Part shown: in pieces, positions 1 to 8,583 of the stretch
How positions within the stretch are numbered: the stretch's first letter is position 1
Layout: each line of letters starts with the position of its first letter
Assembly (NCBI GenBank): GCA_964016885.1
Contig: OZ024743.1
Span: forward strand, 212,102,001-212,166,000
Direction of reading: 5' to 3'
DNA: 64,000 bases
From: Eledone cirrhosa
Taxonomy: Eukaryota
The notes under the pieces: model-generated
What the model was told of the DNA's origin: nothing
The model's input: only the letters and a program-made list of their open reading frames with translations
The model's database searches: none
Translations under genes and position numbers: made by a program

Positions 1-299
1 ACACCATTCGCCGGCGGACTTCAGCTGCCTCATTTAGCATGAGCAGTTTTTCTTGAAGATCACACCACACACAGCCAATGAGTCTCTGCAAATGTACCAG
101 TAATTACAGATGGATCCCACCACGGGCGGCCGGCCCACAATCGAAAAGGTTACTCCGCCTGCAAATCGTCATTTTCGGATTCGTTTTCTTCGAAGCACAC
201 CATTCGCCGGCGGACTTGAGCTGCCTCATTTAGCATGGGCAGTTTTTCTTGAAGATCACACCACACACACCCAATGAGTGTCTGCACATGTACCAGTAA

Positions 300-499
300 T
301 TAGAGATCGATCCGACCATGGGCGGCCGGCCCACGATCGAGAAAAAGGTAACTCCGCCGGCAAATCGCCATTTTTGTGATCCGTTTTCTTCGAAGCACAC
401 CATTCGCCGCCGGACTTCAGCTGCCTCATTTAGCATGGGCAGTTTTTTTTGAAAATCACACCACACACAACCAATGTGTGTCTGCACATGTACCAGTAA
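300..499 (+). repeat. Monomer type B (200 bp), representative copy
   Basis: Diagnostic motifs are TTAGAGATCGATCCGACC, CCCACGATCGAGAAAAAGGTAAC (+3 bp), TTTTTGTGATCCG (+1 bp), CGCCGCCGGAC, TTTTTTTTGAAAAT and AACCAATGTGTG. Anchors lie at 300 and 500. Confidence 0.95.
379..395 (-). other. CENP-B-box-like 17-mer CTTCGAAGAAAACGGAT, present in B monomers (first copy given)
   Basis: The reverse complement of ATCCGTTTTCTTCGAAG matches the core nTTCGnnnnAnnCGGGn at 8 of 9 positions and the human box CTTCGTTGGAAACGGGA at 12 of 17. Binding is not demonstrated. Confidence 0.4.
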
Positions 500-696
500 T
501 TACAGATCGATCCGACCACGGGCGGCCGGCCCGCGATTGAAAAGGTAACTCCGCCGGCAAATCGTCATTTTTGTGATTCGTTTTCTTCGAAGCACACCAT
601 TCGCCGCCGGACTTCAGCTGCCTCATTTAGCATGGGCAGTTTTTCTTGAAGATCATACCACACACAGCCAATGAGTGTCTGCACATGTACCAGTAA

Positions 697-892
697 TTAC
701 AGATGGATCCCACCACGGGCGGCCGGCCCACAATCGAAAAGGTTACTCCGCCTGCAAATCGTCATTTTCGGATTCGTTTTCTTCGAAGCACACCATTCGC
801 CGGCGGACTTCAGCTGCCTCATTTAGCATGAGCAGTTTTTCTTGAAGATCACACCACACACAGCCAATGAGTGTCTGCACATGTACCAGTAA
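697..892 (+). repeat. Monomer type A (196 bp), representative copy; the most abundant type
   Basis: Diagnostic motifs are GATGGATCCC (BamHI site), CCCACAATCGAAAAGGTTACTCCGCCTGC, TTTTCGGATTCG, CGCCGGCGGAC, TTCTTGAAGAT and AGCCAATGAG. Anchors lie at 697 and 893. An A directly after a B has the head GATCGATCCC (called A'). Confidence 0.95.
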
Positions 893-2863
893 TTACAGAT
901 GGATCCCACCACGGGCGGCCGGCCCACAATCGAAAAGGTTACTCCGCCTGCAAATCGTCATTTTCGGATTCGTTTTCTTCGAAGCACACCATTCGCCGGC
1001 GGACTTCAGCTGCCTCATTTAGCATGGGCAGTTTTTCTTGAAGATCACACCACACACAGCCAATGAGTGTCTGCACATGTACCAGTAACTACAGATGGAT
1101 CCCACCACGGGCGGCCGGCCCACAATCGAAAAGGTTACTCCGCCTGCAAATCGTCATTTTCGGATTCGTTTTCTTCGAAGCACACCATTCGCCGGCGGAC
1201 TTCAGCTGCCTCATTTAGCATGGGCAGTTTTTCTTGAAGATCACACCACACACAGCCAATGAGTGTCTGCACATGTACCAGTAATTAGAGATCGATCCGA
1301 CCACGGGCGGCCGGCCCACGATCGAGAAAATGGTAACTCCGCCTGCAAATCGTCATTTTCGGATTCGTTTTCTTCGAAGCACACCATTCGCCGGCGGACT
1401 TCAGCTGCCTCATTTAGCATGAGCAGTTTTTCTTGAAGATCACACCACACACAGCCAATGAGTCTCTGCAAATGTACCAGTAATTACAGATGGATCCCAC
1501 CACGGGCGGCCGGCCCACAATCGAAAAGGTTACTCCGCCTGCAAATCGTCATTTTCGGATTCGTTTTCTTCGAAGCACACCATTCGCCGGCGGACTTCAG
1601 CTGCCTCATTTAGCATGAGCAGTTTTTCTTGAAGATCACACCTCACACAGCCAATGAGTGTCTGCACATGTACCAGTAATTACAGATGGATCCCACCACG
1701 GGCGGCCGGCCCACAATCGAAAAGGTTACTCCGCCTGCAAATCGTCATTTTCGGATTCGTTTTCTTCGAAGCACACCATTCGCCGGCGGACTTCAGCTGC
1801 CTCATTTAGCATGGGCAGTTTTTCTTGAAGATCACACCACACACAGCCAATGAGTGTCTGCACATGTACCAGTAACTACAGATGGATCCCACCACGGGCG
1901 GCCGGCCCACAATCGAAAAGGTTACTTCGCCTGCAAATCGTCATTTTCGGATTCGTTTTCTTCGAAGCACACCATTCGCCGGCGGACTTCAGCTGCCTCA
2001 TTTAGCATGGGCAGTTTTTCTTGAAGATCACACCACACACAGCCAATGAGTGTCTGCACATGTACCAGTAATTAGAGATCGATCCGACCACGGGCGGCCG
2101 GCCCACGATCGAGAAAATGGTAACTCCGCCGGCAAATCGTCATTTTTGTGATCCGTTTTCTTCGAAGCACACCATTCGCCGCCGGACTTCAGCTGCCTCA
2201 TTTAGCATGGGCAGTTTTTTTTGAAAATCACACCACACACAACCAATGTGTGTCTGCACATGTACCAGTAATTACAGATCGATCCCACCACGGGCGGCCG
2301 GCCCACAATCGAAAAGGTTACTCCGCCTGCAAATCGTCATTTTCGGATTCGTTTTCTTCGAAGCACACCATTCGCCGGCGGACTTCAGCTGCCTCATTTA
2401 GCATGAGCAGTTTTTCTTGAAGATCACACCACACACAGCCAATGAGTCTCTGCAAATGTACCAGTAATTACAGATGGATCCCACCACGGGCGGCCGGCCC
2501 ACAATCGAAAAGGTTACTCCGCCTGCAAATCGTCATTTTCGGATTCGTTTTCTTCGAAGCACACCATTCGCCGGCGGACTTGAGCTGCCTCATTTAGCAT
2601 GGGCAGTTTTTCTTGAAGATCACACCACACACACCCAATGAGTGTCTGCACATGTACCAGTAATTAGAGATCGATCCGACCATGGGCGGCCGGCCCACGA
2701 TCGAGAAAAAGGTAACTCCGCCGGCAAATCGTCATTTTTGTGATCCGTTTTCTTCGAAGCACACCATTCGCCGCCGGACTTCAGCTGCCTCATTTAGCAT
2801 GGGCAGTTTTTTTTGAAAATCACACCACACACAACCAATGTGTGTCTGCACATGTACCAGTAA

Positions 2864-3060
2864 TTACAGATCGATCCGACCACGGGCGGCCGGCCCGCGA
2901 TTGAAAAGGTAACTCCGCCGGCAAATCGTCATTTTTGTGATTCGTTTTCTTCGAAGCACACCATTCGCCGCCGGACTTCAGCTGCCTCATTTAGCATGGG
3001 CAGTTTTTTTTGAAAATCACACCACACACAACCAATGTGTGTCTGCACATGTACCAGTAA
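2864..3060 (+). repeat. Monomer type C (197 bp), representative copy
   Basis: Diagnostic motifs are CCCGCGATTGAAAAGGTAAC and TTTTTGTGATTCG, with a B-like tail. It follows B and nearly always precedes D. Confidence 0.95.
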
Positions 3061-3228
3061 TTACAGATCGATCCCACCACGAGTTCAATGTAAACAAACT
3101 TACGCTCAACGACTTTGTTGACGTTTAACACGGTTTGGTTCCACAGCCACAACTATTGATTTTACGGAGATATCTTGCTGAAATTCACGCCACACATAGC
3201 CAATGAGTGTCTGCACATGTACCAGTAA
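3061..3228 (+). repeat. Monomer type D (168 bp) carrying a non-homologous AT-richer segment; about 37 copies
   Basis: After GATCCCACCACG the sequence switches at 3082 to AGTTCAATGTAAAC(A/T)AACTTACGCTCAACGACTTTGTTGACGTTTAACACGGTTTGGTTCCACAGCCACAACTATTGATTTTA(A/C)GGAGATATCTTGCTGAAATT. It rejoins the common core through CACGCCACACATAGCCAATG. Confidence 0.95.
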
Positions 3229-3455
3229 TTACAGATCGATCCGACCACGGACGGCCGGCCCGCGATTGAAAAGGTAACTCCGCCGGCAAATCGTCATTTT
3301 TGGATTCGTTTTCTTCGAAGCACACCATTCGCCGGCGGACTTTGTTGACGTTTAACACGGTTTGGTTCCACAGCCACAACTATTGATTTTAAGGAGATAT
3401 CTTGCTGAAATTCACGCCACACATAGCCAATGAGTGTCTGCACATGTAGCAGTAA
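3229..3455 (+). repeat. Monomer type E (227 bp): C/A-like head fused to a D-type tail; about 32 copies
   Basis: A C-like head (CCCGCGATTG) runs to CGCCGGCGGACTT and then continues as TGTTGACGTTTAACACGG, the D segment. Anchors lie at 3229 and 3456. Confidence 0.95.
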
Positions 3456-4639
3456 TTACAGATCGATCCGACCACGGATGGCCGGCCCGCGATTGAAAAG
3501 GTAACTCCGCCGGCAAATCGTCATTTTTGGATTCGTTTTCTTCGAAGCACACCATTCGCCGGCGGACTTTGTTGACGTTTAACACGGTTTGGTTCCACAG
3601 CCACAGCTATTGATTTTAAGGAGATATCTTGCTGAAATTCACGCCACACATAGCCAATGAGTGTCTGCACAAGTACTAGTAATTACAGATGGATCCCACC
3701 ACGGGCGGCCGGCCCACAATCGAAAAGGTTACTCCGCCTGCAAATCGTCATTTTCGGATTCGTTTTCTTCGAAGCACACCATTCGCCGGCGGACTTCAGC
3801 TGCCTCATTTAGCATGGGCAGTTTTTCTTGAAGATCACACCACACACAGCCAATGAGTGTCTGCACATGTACCAGTAATTAGAGATCGATCCGACCACGG
3901 GCGGCCGGCCCACGATCGAGAAAAAGGTAACTCCGCCGGCAAATCGTCATTTTTGTGATCCGTTTTCTTCGAAGCACACCATTCGCCGCCGGACTTCAGC
4001 TGCCTCATTTAGCATGGGCAGTTTTTTTTGAAAATCACACCACACACAACCAATGTGTGTCTGCACATGTACCAGTAATTACAGATCGATCCGACCACGG
4101 GCGGCCGGCCCGCGATTGAAAAGGTAACTCCGCCGGCAAATCGTCATTTTTGTGATTCGTTTTCTTCGAAGCACACCATTCGCCGCCGGACTTCAGCTGC
4201 CTCATTTAGCATGGGCAGTTTTTTTTGAAAATCACACCACACACAACCAATGTGTGTCTGCACATGTACCAGTAATTACAGATCGATCCCACCACGAGTT
4301 CAATGTAAACTAACTTACGCTCAACGACTTTGTTGACGTTTAACACGGTTTGGTTCCACAGCCACAACTATTGATTTTAAGGAGATATCTTGCTGAAATT
4401 CACGCCACACATAGCCAATGAGTGTCTGCACATGTACCAGTAATTACAGATGGATCCCACCACGGGCGGCCGGCCCACAATCGAAAAGGTTACTCCGCCT
4501 GCAAATCGTCATTTTCGGATTCGTTTTCTTCGAAGCACACCATTCGCCGGCGGACTTCAGCTGCCTCATTTAGCATGAGCAGTTTTTCTTGAAGATCACA
4601 CCTCACACAGCCAATGAGTGTCTGCACATGTACCAGTAA

Positions 4640-6607
4640 TTAGAGATCGATCCGACCACGGGCGGCCGGCCCACGATCGAGAAAAAGGTAACTCCGCCGG
4701 CAAATCGTCATTTTTGTGATCCGTTTTCTTCGAAGCACACCATTCGCCGCCGGACTTCAGCTGCCTCATTTAGCATGGGCAGTTTTTTTTGAAAATCACA
4801 CCACACACAACCAATGTGTGTCTGCACATGTACCAGTAATTACAGATCGATCCCACCACGGGCGGCCGGCCCACAATCGAAAAGGTTACTCCGCCTGCAA
4901 ATCGTCATTTTCGGATTCGTTTTCTTCGAAGCACACCATTCGCCGGCGGACTTCAGCTGCCTCATTTAGCATGAGCAGTTTTTCTTGAAGATCATACCAC
5001 ACACAGCCAATGAGTGTCTGCACATGTACCAGTAATTACAGATGGATCCCACCACGGGCGGCCGGCCCACAATCGAAAAGGTTACTCCGCCTGCAAATCG
5101 TCATTTTCGGATTCGTTTTCTTCGAAGCACACCATTCGCCGGCGGACTTCAGCTGCCTCATTTAGCATGAGCAGTTTTTCTTGAAGATCACACCACACAC
5201 AGCCAATGAGTGTCTGCACATGTACCAGTAATTACAGATGGATCCCACCACGGGCGGCCGGCCCACAATCGAAAAGGTTACTCCGCCTGCAAATCGTCAT
5301 TTTCGGATTCGTTTTCTTCGAAGCACACCATTCGCCGGCGGACTTCAGCTGCCTCATTTAGCATGGGCAGTTTTTCTTGAAGATCACACCACACACAGCC
5401 AATGAGTGTCTGCACATGTACCAGTAACTACAGATGGATCCCACCACGGGCGGCCGGCCCACAATCGAAAAGGTTACTCCGCCTGCAAATCGTCATTTTC
5501 GGATTCGTTTTCTTCGAAGCACACCATTCGCCGGCGGACTTCAGCTGCCTCATTTAGCATGGGCAGTTTTTCTTGAAGATCACACCACACACAGCCAATG
5601 AGTGTCTGCACATGTACCAGTAATTAGAGATCGATCCGACCACGGGCGGCCGGCCCACGATCGAGAAAATGGTAACTCCGCCGGCAAATCGTCATTTTTG
5701 TGATCCGTTTTCTTCGAAGCACACCATTCGCCGCCGGACTTCAGCTGCCTCATTTAGCATGGGCAGTTTTTTTTGAAAATCACACCACACACAACCAATG
5801 TGTGTCTGCACATGTACCAGTAATTACAGATCGATCCCACCACGGGCGGCCGGCCCACAATCGAAAAGGTTACTCCGCCTGCAAATCGTCATTTTCGGAT
5901 TCGTTTTCTTCGAAGCACACCATTCGCCGGCGGACTTCAGCTGCCTCATTTAGCATGAGCAGTTTTTCTTGAAGATCACACCACACACAGCCAATGAGTC
6001 TCTGCAAATGTACCAGTAATTACAGATGGATCCCACCACGGGCGGCCGGCCCACAATCGAAAAGGTTACTCCGCCTGCAAATCGTCATTTTCGGATTCGT
6101 TTTCTTCGAAGCACACCATTCGCCGGCGGACTTCAGCTGCCTCATTTAGCATGAGCAGTTTTTCTTGAAGATCACACCTCACACAGCCAATGAGTGTCTG
6201 CACATGTACCAGTAATTACAGATGGATCCCACCACGGGCGGCCGGCCCACAATCGAAAAGGTTACTCCGCCTGCAAATCGTCATTTTCGGATTCGTTTTC
6301 TTCGAAGCACACCATTCGCCGGCGGACTTCAGCTGCCTCATTTAGCATGGGCAGTTTTTCTTGAAGATCACACCACACACAGCCAATGAGTGTCTGCACA
6401 TGTACCAGTAACTACAGATGGATCCCACCACGGGCGGCCGGCCCACAATCGAAAAGGTTACTTCGCCTGCAAATCGTCATTTTCGGATTCGTTTTCTTCG
6501 AAGCACACCATTCGCCGGCGGACTTCAGCTGCCTCATTTAGCATGGGCAGTTTTTCTTGAAGATCACACCACACACAGCCAATGAGTGTCTGCACATGTA
6601 CCAGTAA
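4640..6607 (+). repeat. 984 bp 5-mer HOR (B-A'-A-A-A), two consecutive copies
   Basis: 200+4x196=984. Identical ORF echoes sit at 4716, 5700 and 6684, and again at 10267/11251 and 14803/15787. Confidence 0.9.
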
Positions 6608-7399
6608 TTAGAGATCGATCCGACCACGGGCGGCCGGCCCACGATCGAGAAAATGGTAACTCCGCCGGCAAATCGTCATTTTTGTGATCCGTTTTCTTCG
6701 AAGCACACCATTCGCCGCCGGACTTCAGCTGCCTCATTTAGCATGGGCAGTTTTTTTTGAAAATCACACCACACACAACCAATGTGTGTCTGCACATGTA
6801 CCAGTAATTACAGATCGATCCCACCACGGGCGGCCGGCCCACAATCGAAAAGGTTACTCCGCCTGCAAATCGTCATTTTCGGATTCGTTTTCTTCGAAGC
6901 ACACCATTCGCCGGCGGACTTCAGCTGCCTCATTTAGCATGAGCAGTTTTTCTTGAAGATCACACCACACACAGCCAATGAGTCTCTGCAAATGTACCAG
7001 TAATTACAGATGGATCCCACCACGGGCGGCCGGCCCACAATCGAAAAGGTTACTCCGCCTGCAAATCGTCATTTTCGGATTCGTTTTCTTCGAAGCACAC
7101 CATTCGCCGGCGGACTTGAGCTGCCTCATTTAGCATGGGCAGTTTTTCTTGAAGATCACACCACACACACCCAATGAGTGTCTGCACATGTACCAGTAAT
7201 TAGAGATCGATCCGACCATGGGCGGCCGGCCCACGATCGAGAAAAAGGTAACTCCGCCGGCAAATCGTCATTTTTGTGATCCGTTTTCTTCGAAGCACAC
7301 CATTCGCCGCCGGACTTCAGCTGCCTCATTTAGCATGGGCAGTTTTTTTTGAAAATCACACCACACACAACCAATGTGTGTCTGCACATGTACCAGTAA

Positions 7400-8583
7400 T
7401 TACAGATCGATCCGACCACGGGCGGCCGGCCCGCGATTGAAAAGGTAACTCCGCCGGCAAATCGTCATTTTTGTGATTCGTTTTCTTCGAAGCACACCAT
7501 TCGCCGCCGGACTTCAGCTGCCTCATTTAGCATGGGCAGTTTTTTTTGAAAATCACACCACACACAACCAATGTGTGTCTGCACATGTACCAGTAATTAC
7601 AGATCGATCCCACCACGAGTTCAATGTAAACAAACTTACGCTCAACGACTTTGTTGACGTTTAACACGGTTTGGTTCCACAGCCACAACTATTGATTTTA
7701 CGGAGATATCTTGCTGTAATTCACGCCACACATAGCCAATGAGTGTCTGCACATGTAACAGTAATTACAGATCGATCCGACCACGGACGGCCGGCCCGCG
7801 ATTGAAAAGGTAACTCCGCCGGCAAATCGTCATTTTTGGATTCGTTTTCTTCGAAGCACACCATTCGCCGGCGGACTTTGTTGACGTTTAACACGGTTTG
7901 GTTCCACAGCCACAACTATTGATTTTAAGGAGATATCTTGCTGAAATTCACGCCACACATAGCCAATGAGTGTCTGCACATGTACCAGTAATTACAGATG
8001 GATCCCACCACGGGCGGCCGGCCCACAATCGAAAAGGTAACTCCGCCGGCAAATCGTCATTTTTGTGATTCGTTTTCTTCGAAGCACACCATTCGCCGCC
8101 GGACTTCAGCTGCCTCATTTAGCATGGGCAGTTTTTTTTGAAAATCACACCACACACAACCAATGTGTGTCTGCACATGTACCAGTAATTACAGATCGAT
8201 CCCACCACGAGTTCAATGTAAACAAACTTACGCTCAACGACTTTGTTGACGTTTAACACGGTTTGGTTCCACAGCCACAACTATTGATTTTACGGAGATA
8301 TCTTGCTGAAATTCACGCCACACATAGCCAATGAGTGTCTGCACATGTAACAGTAATTACAGATCGATCCGACCACGGACGGCCGGCCCGCGATTGAAAA
8401 GGTAACTCCGCCGGCAAATCGTCATTTTTGGATTCGTTTTCTTCGAAGCACACCATTCGCCGGCGGACTTTGTTGACGTTTAACACGGTTTGGTTCCACA
8501 GCCACAACTATTGATTTTAAGGAGATATCTTGCTGAAATTCACGCCACACATAGCCAATGAGTGTCTGCACATGTACCAGTAA
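7400..8583 (+). repeat. Local 592 bp tandem duplication of C-D-E
   Basis: ORF echoes at 7473/8065 and 7721/8313 differ by 592 (197+168+227). Both copies share the private variant CATGTAACAG (~7755 and ~8347). The second C has an A-type head, with the junction near 8035. Confidence 0.85.

Noticed and set aside
30-190. Phased A/T tracts causing DNA curvature
   Set aside because: The tracts (33-35, 47-51, 144-147, 172-175, 184-187) are few and are not consistently spaced at ~10.5 bp.
1-196. Identity with well-known satellites of similar size (Trypanosoma cruzi 195 bp, primate alpha 171 bp, Arabidopsis 178 bp)
   Set aside because: I recognise none of their characteristic motifs here from memory, and similar length alone is not evidence. 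A BLAST search is needed to assign the family.
181-197. Plus-strand CENP-B box at ATTCGTTTTCTTCGAAG
   Set aside because: Only 6 of 9 core positions match. The minus-strand reading in B monomers is the better candidate and is reported instead.
1-500. 5S rDNA, tRNA, snRNA or spliced-leader tandem gene array
   Set aside because: I see no 5S or tRNA conserved sequence, no A/B or C box arrangement, no cloverleaf, and no convincing Sm site with stem-loops. The T-runs are internal to a degenerate subrepeat.
3082-3186. D segment as an intact MITE or other mobile element insertion
   Set aside because: It has no terminal inverted repeats, target-site duplication or poly(A). It replaces rather than interrupts monomer sequence, and it always sits at the same monomer position, so it spread with the array.
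4375-4443. TTTTAAGGAGATAT, resembling a Shine-Dalgarno/T7 gene 10 leader, followed by TTG and a 17-codon frame
   Set aside because: The match is short, many D copies read TTTTACGGAG, there is no other vector or bacterial sequence, and the context is a eukaryote-style satellite. It is most likely chance.
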